Notes under the pieces: generated by a model
The model's input: only the letters and a program-made list of their open reading frames with translations
Database searches by the model: none
What the model was told of the DNA's origin: nothing
In this document: positions 12,390 through 48,961 of the stretch, one piece after another
Numbering within the stretch: the first letter of the stretch is position 1
How the letters are laid out: each line of letters begins with the position of its first letter
Position numbers and translations under genes: made by a program
NCBI GenBank assembly: GCA_963693365.1
Contig: CAVNZM010000001.1
Span: 15,743,840 to 15,807,839 of the forward strand
Length of the DNA stretch: 64,000 bases
Source of the DNA: Amoebidium appalachense
Taxonomy: Eukaryota > Protista > Ichthyosporea
Direction of reading: 5' to 3'

Positions 12390-13296
12390 GCACGTGGTGG
12401 CTCCTGCCGACGTGGCTAGGGTAGTAACCCTGAGCAAAGTATGTACTAATAGTAACGGTTTGTGAATGATGGTCTAGCTTAGCTGAGGACATAAATAGCA
12501 CCCGAACTAGTGTACTGTCGGTGCTGTGTGGCAGACGGTAGTTCCCTAGAGGGCCTGCAAAGGTCCTCCGGGAATAAAAGTGATAAAATAAAATAAAATA
12601 AAAAAACGCGTGGTGGCTGCTTCTCCGTGAAGCACCGTACCCAACTCACACAGATAGACCCCCCCCCCCCCCCCCCCCCTCCCCCCCCCCCCTCCCTCTC
12701 CCCCCGTCCCCTCATGTACTACCACCAAACACACACACAAATCTAATATGTAATCAGGTGATCCACATGTCCCTGATTAGTCAATGTGATCTGTTTGCTT
12801 GCCGCAGCACCCAAAATTTCACAGCCGTGCTTACTTCTCGAATCCCAAAAGTTCAGAATATACTTGTAATCGCTTATAGCTTGAAACTTTTTTTATCCTA
12901 CAGAGTTCCAACCAATGTGCTTTGAACTTTATATTATCTTCACGGCGTCTCTCCCTTCCACCCCCCACCCCCTCTCTCCCCCCCCCCCCCCCCCCCCTTC
13001 CTATAACACCCACACAAACACAATCACAAACACAGACCCCCCCCCCCCCCCCCCCCCCCCCCCCAACACACACACACACAAAAAGGGGCCCGTACCTTCA
13101 GGCACTTACTAAAACACAACCTGAGCCATACAGTAATATATACTGTGTGGTGGGGGTCAAGTGATGTGGTGGTGGTGGTGCTGGTTGGTTGCCAAAGCGA
13201 GAGGATGTGTTTTTCTGTGTGTCTGTATTTGTGTGTGTGTTCCTTTTTTTTCTTTAAAAATGTTTTGTGTGTGTGTGTGTGTGTGGGTGGGTGGGT

Positions 13297-13338
<42 letters not shown>

Positions 13339-13817
13339 GGGGGAGGGGGGCATGGGGGGATTCCCGATGATAGCGACGGCCACGGGGAGAAATATCGAGT
13401 GAGAGAGAAGAGAGGGGGACGGGGTGGATGGGTGCGGGAGGGTGGGTGGGTGGGTGGGTGGTGGTGGTGGTGGTGGGGGGGGGGGGGGAGAGAGAGAGAG
13501 AAACACAGAGAGAGGGGGGGAGGGGGGAGTAAGGTTGGGGGAAGAGAGAGAGGGGAAGAGAGAGAGGGGAAGAGAGAGGGAGAGATAAAGAGAGGGAGAG
13601 GGAGAGGGAGAGGGAGAGGGAGAGTGGGAGAGAGGGAGCGAGCGAGCGAGAGAGAGAGAGGGGGGGGGGGGGGGGGGGAGAGAGAGAGAGAGTGTGTGTG
13701 TGTGTGTGTGTTTGTGTGTGAGAGTGAGAGAGGGGTAGAGAGGGGGTTGTACGGAGGCGGGGGAGGGGGGGGGATGGAGGGAGGAATGCGAAAGCTCGAA
13801 CTGGAGCGGCGGGGGGC

Positions 13818-13857
<40 letters not shown>

Positions 13858-14721
13858 GGCTGCGGGGCGGGGGAAGGGGGCCGGAGGGAGGGGGCCGGGG
13901 GGAGGGGGCCGAGGGAATACTCCCGAGGTTTTGTTGTTATTGTGGCCAATCAGTAATCATCTGGGTTAGAGACACCAATTAACATAGCCCAATGTGAACC
14001 AAATTCGGCATAACCGCCAAACAGAGAACACTTGAACGACAGCCCCAGTCTTCGAACTTCAGCGAAGGTGCGGCAGGTTCGAAGACCGTGCAATTATACG
14101 TATATTGCCGTGAATGGGAAGTGGTGAAAGAGTGGTCTATGTGAACGCTGGAGAATGGACGAGCCAAAGTAAGTGCCCGTACATTTATCTTCTGTTGCGG
14201 GTGGCGGCAGCATGGAGGACGGACAGACGAAAGGTTTACGGGACGCATGGAGGGCTGAGTGAACAGGGTTAGAGTAGATTTGACTTTGACTTAGATGAGG
14301 AGGACGGACAGACCAGTCTGGGAAGGATTTTTTTGATGCATTTGAGCGTGTGTGCTAGTGTGCGTACCCGAATGCACGAACGATGCAGGTAGCTGTTCTT
14401 GTCCGAAATGCGGAACTAGTGCGGAGCATATACATGAAAGTGTTTGTGCCGCAAGTTGTCGGATGAGCTAGTGCTCGTGTGTACTGGGACAAGTTCGCCA
14501 AGCGCAACAATGTCTTGTCTGTCTGTGTTTCTGCGTGCATGCGTGCGTGTGCGCGTGGGAGCATGTCCCCGTGCATGTGCGACCGGTTGGGCCTGGCTGA
14601 CAGTGAAATTCGAGAGAGCTATAGGTTACGTGTGAGATCTGATCAAGGAGCATCCTGAGATCCTGCAAAGCAAATTTCACATTCCTGTGTTATACGTGGT
14701 GCCTGTCTGCTTTTTATTCAG

Positions 14722-37976
<23,255 letters not shown>

Positions 37977-38814
37977 TTGGATAGGTAGTCACGTGCCATA
38001 TGTGTAGGTATGCAGGAATGATTGGGCATGTCAATTTATCTGTATGAATGAGAGGGGGAATGATGTGTCTGTGTGCACTTTTTTCTTACATTATCATACC
38101 CCGTAATTCCTTGACTTCCTTTTTCTTTCTATTTCTTGTTAAAACGTTTTGTTGTTGCAAAATACCATATACTGAATGCATTCCATAACCTCACGAACCC
38201 AATACTATGCTAGCATAATGCTGCATCCATGTGCTTACGTACATGCCGGCTGTAAAAAAAAACATCCGTGCATGGCCTCGTGTTTGTTGATGTTGTAATA
38301 ACAACGGGTAATAATAAGCGTATTCAAATCTCATATCATTAGCTGTGTGTCCCAGGTGGGCACTAGATATAATTCGTATCCAATCAAAAGCACCACTATT
38401 CAGTGAGGAATACACAATTCATGAAACGGCAACGTCGAAATCCTTTCCTTCCTTGCTAACAGTGTGCATGTGTGCGGGGGCCTTGCCTGTACTTGCTGGT
38501 TGGTTGGGGTTCGGGGCCAGGGGAGTTTTGATCCGTGGGGAGGCCGGAGCTACGTAGGTGGGCACCCCTGGTGCTGGGGGGCCGCGGGGAGGGGGGAGGG
38601 ACGACAGACACTTCAGACATTTGATCATCCAGGGATTCATAGCAAATAAGGGAAAGGGAATACACAGGTAGGGGCCTAGCCTGGACTTATGATTGGTGGT
38701 GGGGTGTCCACAAAGATCAGGTCCGTGTCTAAAAGGACCAGACCATGCAGCTCTAGATTTAATGACTGTGAAATATTCATGCTTGGTTTTCTAATACACA
38801 GGTCTTAGATGCAC

Positions 38815-39318
38815 CGGAACCACAGTTCTGGTTATCCAGTTCGCAACTTGCCCAGAACTCTAGGTTCCATATATTAAATTACAGAAGTCGATGCACAAGA
38901 AAATACAGCTTTGGGATATTTGTGCTTTGATGCCGCAGTTATCAATCCGTAGATCTTAACTGCGGCCGGAGCATACGTATACAGCTCTAGAATGACTTGA
39001 TGTTGGTACCACACTGTTTCCAATTTGCTGGCAGTTCGCAGACACATGCAATTCTAAATTGCATTTTCGCCAGAACACGCAGTTCTAGAAATACTGTACT
39101 TTGATGCCGAATCATTCAATCAGCAGACACACCAGAACACGCAGCTATAAATTCTTTAAATGACCATGTTTTGATGAAGGCTTTCGAATTCACAAACAAA
39201 CTGGAACACGCAGTTCCAGAATTACTGTACTTCGATGCCACATACATCAATTCGTGGACACACCAGAACACGCAGTTCCACTGCGGCCTCAATGATGCAT
39301 CCATTCAATCCACACCAT
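38815..39318. repeat. Degenerate ~60-70 bp tandem array with palindromic core GAAC-ACGCA-GTTC
   Basis: Cores at 39069 (ccagaacacgcagttctag), 39132, 39201 (ctggaacacgcagttccag, perfect 7-bp inverted repeat) and 39263; degenerate units at ~38815-38990. Confidence 0.75.
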
Positions 39319-39836
39319 GGCCATACTGCCGCCAGCAGCAGGAAAATATCCAAAAATCAGAAAATATCACAATGATCATGCAATCAGATTTCAACCAAAG
39401 GGAAGAAAATATGAAGTAAAAGCATCAAATTGTTTCCCACATTGTATAATGCTAATACTAGTTGACAAAAATTAAACCCCTGATACGAATACTTGCGTAA
39501 TCTCTTTAATATTCGAACATTCGAATTCATGAAAAGCCTCCCACTCAAGTCCCCCCTCCCCCCCCCTGAGGAGGCGCTTAGCTGCTTCCCCCCCACCCAC
39601 CCAACCACCACCGATCACCAACCGGCAGCGAGGGGGTGCAAAAAGGGGGGCAGGAGGAAAGAAGGGGAAAAAAAGTAAGGGGTAAAGACACCGCATCTCA
39701 GAATCCCACCTATATGATACAATCCTTCATACACCACCCAAATCCAATCACCCCCACCAAGTCTCAGTCTGTCCTTCGATCCTTCGCTCCACATCACACA
39801 CTTTCCATGTTTGGTACCTTCCAAAAAAGGCTAATA

Positions 39837-40001
39837 TTAGCATGCAGCCACCAGGCATGCGTCCAAGTGCCTATTGACGTCCCTCTGTGGCATTTCGACA
39901 GAGCACACTGGGCACTTGACCAGATTGGTGGGGGGTGGGGGTGCTGGGGCTGACGGGGGGAAGGCCTGTGTGTATGTGTGTGTGTGTGTGAGTGAGGGGG
40001 G

Positions 40002-40050
<49 letters not shown>

Positions 40051-40054
40051 GGGG

Positions 40055-40118
<64 letters not shown>

Positions 40119-40121
40119 CAC

Positions 40122-40198
<77 letters not shown>

Positions 40199-41135
40199 AA
40201 CGGGGGGGAGAGGGGTATAATGATTGAAGAAATATTTCCAGTTACTTTAATGTGCAACACCCAAGGTCATTTGAACTTTAACATCTGTAACCAACAGCAA
40301 TCACTCGATTGGTGGGTGGAAGAGTGGGTGGTGTATGGTTTGTGATCATGGCATTTTGTTTTTCTTTTTTTTTTCTGTTTCTGTTTTTCGTTGTTGTTGT
40401 GGTGGTGATGGTGGTGGTGGCGGTGAATGGGCGGTTGGGCAAGTGGTGGATTGACGCCGGGGGGGGGGAGGGGGGGAGGGTCGGAAAACCCGCACAGAGT
40501 ATGCAAAACGACAACACGAACAACTCTTATCCTCCCGGGGGAGGGGGGAGGGGGGGGGGGGGAGAGGGGGGAGGGTGTCACATACTGGGTACATTTGCAA
40601 AGCCGGCTGGGTGGAAGCCGGATTGTAGTCAATTTGACTGAGGGGAAAAATGGTCAGTGTGGGTGCATGTGCCTTTCGCGCGCGCGTGTGTATGTGTGTG
40701 TTTGTGTGTTGGGGGTGTGCAGGGGCCGAGGTGGGGGGGAACGGGGGGCGGGGGGGGGGGGGGGGGGAGGGGGGGGGGGGGGCGGGATTGATGATAAACC
40801 TGTCAATGATAGAGACATGCAAGCAAGAGGATAAAAAAACTACGTAAACATTCAAAACTGATCCAGACATACCCTAAGAGATAAAATGCACAGAAAAGAC
40901 ATGAGATTGTGTCACAATGTGACTTCAAACTATGGCTGACGTTGGCAGAAAAGCGAAAGGCAGGTGTGAAAAGGAGGACATTACCCGCATTTCACACCCA
41001 CGAGTTAGTTACAAAACATACATCCGCCTGCATACCACACACCCTCCAGTGCTGCTGTAAGTCTAGGCACACACAAACTCCAAGACATCCATCCTGATGA
41101 CGCCCGGAGGCACGTGCTCAAACTTGTACAGTAGG

Positions 41136-41227
<92 letters not shown>

Positions 41228-41355
41228 GTACACAACAGGTACGCATACACATATACACGGGTGCGCACACACGAACACACACACACACGCACACACATAC
41301 AAACACACACACACACACACACACAAACATACACACACACACACAAACACACACG

Positions 41356-41395
<40 letters not shown>

Positions 41396-42134
41396 CACAC
41401 ACACACCTTGCTTGGGATGGTGACGGTGGTGTAGGGGGGTACTGGTCTCTCCACGTGCTTGTCTGCCCTCTGTATCACCCAATTCCCATCAAAATACAGT
41501 CACAGACACTCCCTTTAGCTGCTTCCACAGCATTCTCCTTCTGGAAGAATCCAGCGCCAGATTCCATCATCCATGCGACACTATTAGGTCGAGTCTGTGA
41601 CAAGCATGCACACAGATAACAGCCCCTTCACCGCTATCAAAACAAAACAAAACAAAACAAACCAAAAAAACCAAAAAGGGGGGGAATAAATAAAAAAAAA
41701 AGGTGGAAGGTGTAAAAGCTAACTGCCCAGCCTTTCCATGTCCTTTTCATTAAGAGGAAAGCAAGGGGGGGAGGGAAGGGGGAGTGGAGGGGAGGGGGAG
41801 GGGGGGCGGGGGGAGTGGAGGGGAGGGGGAGGAGGGGCGGGGAGGGGAGTGGAAGGGAGGGGGGAGGAGGGGCGGGGGGGGGGGGGGGGGGGGGGGGGGG
41901 TATCGTACGATGGATTGGACGGTTGGCTCCAACCGTTCTTGGCCATGGCCAGATTTCTGCACCCAAACAGTTAGAATTCTCACTGGCTCATGCAACCACC
42001 ACCACATGTTGTAAGGTGTGTTGTTTATTCACACAAACACACAAACACACGCACGGACACTACTTAACTATTACAACCACCGCCACCTTTCATCTTAGAA
42101 TATTGACCCAAATTTAGTCGTTTTTTTTGTTTGG

Positions 42135-42181
<47 letters not shown>

Positions 42182-42310
42182 CTGCTCTGAAAGCTTAGCC
42201 AAACTCGCCACCAAATGGAGCCACAACGGGCGCTAACCAGTAATATTAAGAAAATGCCCCTGAAAAACGCCCCCAAGCACTCCCCACAAGAGGCGCAGGT
42301 GCGCCCGCGC

Positions 42311-42377
<67 letters not shown>

Positions 42378-42409
42378 GCACGCACACACACACACACACA
42401 TACACACAC

Positions 42410-42451
<42 letters not shown>

Positions 42452-42600
42452 ACGCACCCACACACACGCACGCACACACGCACACACGCACACACACACA
42501 CGTAGGCACACACACACACACACACCGGCCTACAAGCTCGAAATACACAAACATATACACGAGCGCGTGTGCGCACATACGCACGCATGCGCGCGCGTGC

Positions 42601-42631
<31 letters not shown>

Positions 42632-43184
42632 CGCGCGCATGCACGCACGCCCGCACGCACGCACTTAGGCAAAGATACCAAAAGCCCGGACCCGGTGAAC
42701 CGGCACTCTTGATCTTGTGAACGGGTAACTGCACACGAACACACACACAAGACACACATGCACACACGCGCACGCACACACCCCCAAGCATGCACGCATA
42801 CATACGCAAGAACAGACACACCTCCACGTATACGCGGGGACACGCACACACACGCACACGGGCCATCCCACACGCACACACACACATACACACACACCTC
42901 TGTATATCCAGCTCTGCAGACCGACTCAGCTTTCCTCCACCTACATGCTGCGACAACGCGTACGATTCTGCCGGGCGCGTCTCTACGTAGGACGCCACAA
43001 CGGGCCTGGGCTGAGTGTCAAGAGTGTACACAACTGGCGGGTGAACAGGAGCCGATCGAGCGTTTTTGCGCATGTGCAGTGCACGGCAGTAACGGCGCAG
43101 CACACAACCAAAGAGGATGAGTAGGACGGTGAGGCCTGATATGGTTACTATCACTAGTATGTAGTTTTCCAAGTCGCTAGCCAT
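39837..43184 (-). CDS. Single-pass membrane protein with Pro/Tyr-rich tail and C-terminal UBZ4 (Rad18-type) zinc finger, ~176 aa
   Basis: Exons 43184-42898, 41469-41407, 40637-40586 and 39965-39837, all GT-AG and phase-consistent (531 nt). TM segment [21 protein letters not shown] followed by RRYCR; C-terminus [24 protein letters not shown] matches the UBZ4 pattern CxxC-x(11)-HLDxCL. Internal exon choice is inferred. Confidence 0.6.
40488..40538 (-). repeat. Partial copy of the intronic repeat family, on the minus strand (sense to its host gene)
   Basis: Minus strand reads ccgggaggataag...ttttgcatactct, matching cccgaggataag...atgcatactc of the 29459 copy; lies ~45 nt downstream of the donor at 40585, after a C-run. 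Confidence 0.5.
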
Positions 43185-45385
43185 TTTAGAATGGTTGTGA
43201 AGTGTAGGGGTACTGTGTGCAACACAAAAGAAAGGCCAAATGGATGAAGAGGTGCAGTTGATTAGTGCTCGGAAGGGAAGTGACACCGTTCCACTACCAA
43301 AATCAATGTCTCTCAGAAAATAATAAAGAAAAAAATTACAATACACCAATAACGTTTCTTCAGGTGGAAAAATGTGCAGGTAACAGTGCAGAAAAGTGGT
43401 CCAAGCCAGCCCTTCGCCCCGGTGTTGGGGTATGCCACCGAATTCACTTCTCGCCAATCTTAACGCATTTAGACGGGTTTGTTACTTAATGACTGCAAGT
43501 AAATAAATACTACACCCGAAAAAATCCGTTCCTGTGGACAATCTATACTGATACTTTTTTCTATTTGCACTACAACCTCTGGACAACCCTACTTTCAAAT
43601 GCACAAGCATACACGTTCTTTCTTTTGTCATTTGTGCCCTGCAGTGATCGATCACACACTTGTCTTGCTTGGTGCTTGGTGACTGTCACGAAACTATGCG
43701 CTTGAATAGACGAAAACAAGTGCGATTGGTTCAGCTTGCGGTGATGCTCACAGCCAGACGATTGGTAGATCCAGAATTACGTCAGCATTTTCATTTTTCA
43801 GGAAAAGGAAACAAAGGGGAGATAAAAAGATATACCCTTGTTTAAAAAAAAATTAAAATCATTATTAGCAGCAACTTTGTTGTTCCGTTTGAATGATTGA
43901 GTAGGGCAGTGAACTGACTGAATTGAACTAAATGAGTCCCCACTGTCTCAGTCTTTCAGAAACAGATGATAGGTTTAAAATCATATACTGATATAAGCTA
44001 AAGATTTTCAGCTTATGATTGGGTGTTTGAACAATACCGATTTAGATCCGATGATCGGCCAGATCGGCGTCACTGTTCTGCTTGAAATCACTCTTCAAAG
44101 TCTGAAATGTAAACATAAAATACTAAAGAAAAATAATTATAAAAAAAAAACCAATTTTGTAAATTAATTTTAACATAATGTGTACTTTTCAGCAAGTCTG
44201 CATGAGGGAAGTGGCCTCGTGGGCCTTGGCAGCGCCGCCAGCCGCGCCGGGTCGCCCAGGAAAGATTTGAAAAAGCCAATCAGCATAAAGCAAAAATTCA
44301 AAATAGTATTGGTCTATCTTAGATCTAGATCTATTAACCACATAAAGCCAAAAAAGGTACTCTGTGATTTGTCCATAACCAGTTGCCTGTGCCTGTGTCA
44401 CCGTGTACGTACAGTCGGTCCTCAATAGGCTCCACTTCGTGACTGTTCCTTTTCATGATCAACTTTTTGCTCAGAACGATGATCGTATAAGCCTATCTAT
44501 GTAGACACAGGCACATATCCTCATGTTCTTTTTGCTCTTTTTGTATGCCAATCTACATTCGAAAATGGGAAACCACCAAGAACAGCAATGCATACCACGC
44601 CTGTGGCCGTAGATCGGATCATATGCTGACTGCCGTGAGACTAGCGAAGGGAACTGCTTAGTTTTTTAAATTTAGTTCGAGAATAGTTGATACGGGCATA
44701 GATAGTGGTGAGATTTTTTTATTTTATTATATCCATAATACATCACCATTGTGAACGTAGTAGTGAACCGCGGATAAAACTTTCGATGTTGATATCGATG
44801 GTGCAGCCGCAGTGACCACCTTCCGGATCCAGACAAATTTGCAAAGACACCGGAGGTGGGTCCCACACACGCCTTTGGCACAAGTCTGTCGCTTTCTTGG
44901 ACTCGCATGTATATAAAACTCGGGCAACTCCATCATAAGCATTTTTTCCACAAGATTCCGCCTGTATCATTGAATAGCTGAACCTAACGATAATGAATAA
45001 AGTAGTACGCGTATGTGCGGTTTGGCGCAAAATTCAAGTCCCGAGCTCTGAATCTCGCTCTAGTATGTAGTAGGCAACCCGTATTTTCACACATGTATGT
45101 ATGTATTCAGGCCACTTCAAATACTTCAAAGCATTGAGCATCCCCTACCCTGCCCCGCTAGCTCAAACTACCTTCACTACCGAAAGCTGCTTATAAATTC
45201 TGACACAAATCTGCATTTATTAATCTCTGTCTACCCAGAATGGTAACCCATCAACAATACGTCGAGCAACTCTATCTATCCCTATCAAACCCATACGTTA
45301 TTCAATCTCACACCTCCCCAGCGGATATTTACGAAAATAAAAGCTTTGCAATTGATGTCATGTTCTTATCTCATACAGAACTCCG

Positions 45386-45422
<37 letters not shown>

Positions 45423-45558
45423 TGTTTAACGTTTTTAATTGGACGTCCCATCCCACCCTTTCCCCTTCCCCCTACTTCCTTGCGCTCCCATCTCTCAAAG
45501 ACGATGCCGCAGTTAAACTCTTCTTTTCTTCTATTCGGTCATCACCTAAACTTGTCCA

Positions 45559-45987
45559 TCAACGACCCACATCGCTGGCCCTAGCCAAAAACACACGGTA
45601 GAATGCAGCATTGAGCACCCCCGTAATATTTGCCAGAATTACGCACGCCAGAGTCAGAGGCAGGGGGGATTTTACACCGTGGCTCAGCACGATGGTGTAC
45701 ACGGCCCAGGGGGTCCATTCAACGACGAAAATCAGCACAAATCCGTTCATGATGTTGGCCAGGCGGCGCTGCCGGCGGAGGCGGCGTCGTTCCTCCGAAG
45801 TTCGTGGGATGGAGGTTTTTGGAAGGGTGGCTTTATTAGCCTTGGTGGGGGTCTTTCTGGCCGGGAGGGGGTAGACGGGGATGTCTGACTCAATGCAAAC
45901 CTGCAAAAGGAGTGAATATTTAGTGGCTACGCCCCTCCCCCCCTGCCTTCCCCCACACATACACCAAAAAAAAAAAAAAAAAAAAAA

Positions 45988-46035
<48 letters not shown>

Positions 46036-47079
46036 AAGAAAAGAAAGAAAGAAAAGGAAAAGCCGTTGAAATAACGAAAAATTTTTGTGTGTGTGTGTGG
46101 GGGGGGAGGGGGGGGGGGGGGAGCCGGGGAGGGGGGGGGGGGGGGAGGGGGGGGGGGGGGCGACGGGCCTGACGAGCTAAGGCAGACAGTATAGTTCAGA
46201 TGATGTTGTGGTGTGGTAAGTAGTGGAGGGCAGACTATATTGCTCTCATGTGGAAGTGTTTCGTTTTATTTCGATGACTGGGTCCATAATAAATGGCTCC
46301 AAATATCAGGAGCTATGTTGAAGCTTATAGAACTGCCGGAGATATCCCGGCATTTTCTTTTCTTTTCTTTCGTTCAAAGTTTCTCAACTTTTCCCTCCCC
46401 CCAACCCCTTTTTTTTGTGGTTGTGGCTGTGAAGTGAAGAAGAAGCCGGGGCGGGGCAGGGGGAGGGGGGGGGGGGGGGGGGGGGGAAGGTGCGGGGGCG
46501 GGGGGGGGGGAGGGGGGAGGGGGAGGGGGGCATGAGGACAGACCTCTGTTGTAGAGACTGTGTTGCTGGTGCATGCATCAGACCCCCCCGCCTCTGCACC
46601 CACAGCAGCCTCCCACATCAGCTCGGGTAGCTCGGAGCACACACCAAGACTCGAACGGCGCTGGGGGGGCTTATCCCAAAATATCACATTGGACACCCCG
46701 TCAATCGAAATACTTCCAGCTACACCCTCGGAAATGGAAATGGTGGTAGATGATTGGCTGCCTTCGGACGTTTCCCTTCTCATTGTGAGTCGATTCTCAC
46801 TACCATATTCGGAAATCCGATTGGGTTCCTCGACCGTTGATTGGTTGCCGGCCACACCGCTTTCCTGCGTCCTACGCGAGCTAGATAGCGAATTTGGGAT
46901 GTATGCACGAATATTCTTGCGGAAATCGGCCGATCTGTACAATCTGGATGTGGTGAGTATGTAGCAGATCGCAGATACGATTAGGCACACCACCAGGAGA
47001 CCAATATTGTAGACGAGGGAGAGCCACGATGGTTGGTCGGCCCCAATACTGCACCAGAGCCCCGCACTGTGTGTGTGTG

Positions 47080-47113
<34 letters not shown>

Positions 47114-47446
47114 CGGTGTGTGTGTGTGCGCGCGCGAAGTGCGTGCATGTATCCCTGTGTATGTGTTTTGTGTGTCTGGCCTTGCCCAAGGGTGTAGTGT
47201 GTCACTGTGTGTGTGCGCGCAAGCTTGAAGGGAACAGTCTGTAACCGAAGGGCGGGGGGGGGGGGGGGGAGGGGGGGAGGGACGGTTAGTCGTTGGCAGG
47301 CCAAAACCATAAACCAAATGAAAAAAAAATGAAATGAAGGAGAATTGTGTAGTTTTTGGCAAGGGAAATGTGTGACGGAGAAGGGCCGGAGGAGAACAGG
47401 TGTGTGTGTGTGTGTGTGTGTCTGTGTGTGTGTGTGTGTGTGTGTC

Positions 47447-47493
<47 letters not shown>

Positions 47494-47826
47494 TTGTTTG
47501 TGGGGGGAGGGGGGGAGGGGGGAAGTTTTTTCTCTCATGGACTCAGGGCCCCCTGCAGAGAGTAAAAAGTGAAACCAAATTCCACACGATACCTGGAGGA
47601 AACCCTGAAGTAGACGCAACGGGTGACACTCGCATTGATTTCGCTTCCCGTGATCTATACAAAAACCACTCACTTCAAATCCCTTATCCCGTTTATTTTG
47701 TTTTTGAGAACTAACCCCTTTTTAAGCCAAGTCGTGATCAAAAAGCTCTGACTGCCAACAGTAAGGTGGTTTTGGCTGTGTCGGTGAGCGAGTAAGCGAA
47801 TGAGCCCTCCGGGTTGGTGGTGGTGG

Positions 47827-47859
<33 letters not shown>

Positions 47860-48961
47860 AAATCTATTGTCGTTAGAAAAGGAAGAGGGGGGGGGGGGGG
47901 GGGGGGGGGGGGGAGGGGGGAGAGAAAGAGAAGGGGGGGGGGGGAGGGGGGGAGGGGGGGGGGGGGGGGGAGGGGGGGGCAAGTGACTTACGCTCCATAA
48001 CCATTAAACGTAAAGGGAATGATGGTCAGAATTAGGGGAAACCCCAGTCCAAAGGCTAACATTCGCTTCATCGTGTTGAACACCATCAGCCGAGGCCTAT
48101 TTCCGATCACCCCCCACACGTACACACTCACCATGGCGGGGTACAAGGCCACGCATTGCACCGCGAAAGTCAGGAAAAATCCCCCCATCACACATATGGC
48201 CCTCGATTTTCCGACATCGATAACAATGAGCGTGTATATGATGTTGAAGATACATCCGGAGGAAAAGAGAATATCAGAGAGGGAGATGAATGCAGGGAAA
48301 AACTGCATCAGGGTTAAGGTGGTTGGGGTCTTGCGCCATAAAAGGAAGGTGTGACGGAGAATCCACAGCGAGCCAAGAAAGCTGAAGAAGAGGCTCACCA
48401 GAGAGACAATCTGCGTGAAAAAATTACGGTTTCGGTCAGCACAACTAATCTCTCGTTATTCAATGGGGCATCTGTATGTGTATACTTGAAGAGGGGGAAG
48501 AGGGGAGGGGGGGGGGGGGGGGGGGGGGTTGCTGGGGGAGAGAGAGGGGGGGGGGGGGGGGGGGAGGGGAGGGGGGAGACAGAGAGAAGGGGGTGGGATA
48601 AATTCTCTACATATGAAATTTTGTGCCTGCTGGACCTATACTCTGCTTTGGTGAGAGAAAATGCAGTTATACAGAATTTTTTTCTTTTTTCTTTGACTTT
48701 GTTTTATCTAGCAGCACCTTCTCTCTTCATGTAGTCACGTTAAACTTTGCTCCTGGAGCTCACCGCACTTATTAAACTTCCTCTGAGGCCAATTGTTCCC
48801 CATATCTATCTACCCCGTTGCCCCCCCTCCCGGAGTTTCTTTGGTTTCCATACTCTACTATGTAAGATGAGTCGCTCTTATTATACAATGAATATTGTTC
48901 TCAGTGTCAATACCTTGACTGTGTAGAACTCGTGCTGCCCAATTCCACCGTAGGGAGCCAT
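45559..48961 (-). CDS. 7TM GPCR-like protein (Git3/cAMP-receptor-like) with long ICL3, paralog A, ~443 aa, 4 exons
   Basis: Exons 48961-48914 (MAPYGGIGQHEFYTVK), 48410-47992, 47066-46544 and 45900-45559, all GT-AG and in frame. Motifs: SFLGSLWI, ISLSDI, CVMGGFFLTF, YGAAGLWCSI, GFVLIFVVEWTPWAV, NITGVLNAAFY. Confidence 0.85.

Noticed and set aside
38419-38665. Pro-rich minus-strand ORFs (IKCLKC...)
   Set aside because: Short, with no supported splice structure or domain; cannot be called.
39069-39318. CRISPR-like look (palindromic repeat with ~45-50 nt spacers)
   Set aside because: Spacers are homologous to each other, repeats are degenerate, there are no cas genes and the context is eukaryotic.
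41470-41595. BRCT-like fragment (VTVF-DGNWV) on the minus strand
   Set aside because: Needs frameshifts to read through; a cleaner in-phase exon (41469-41407) explains the region.
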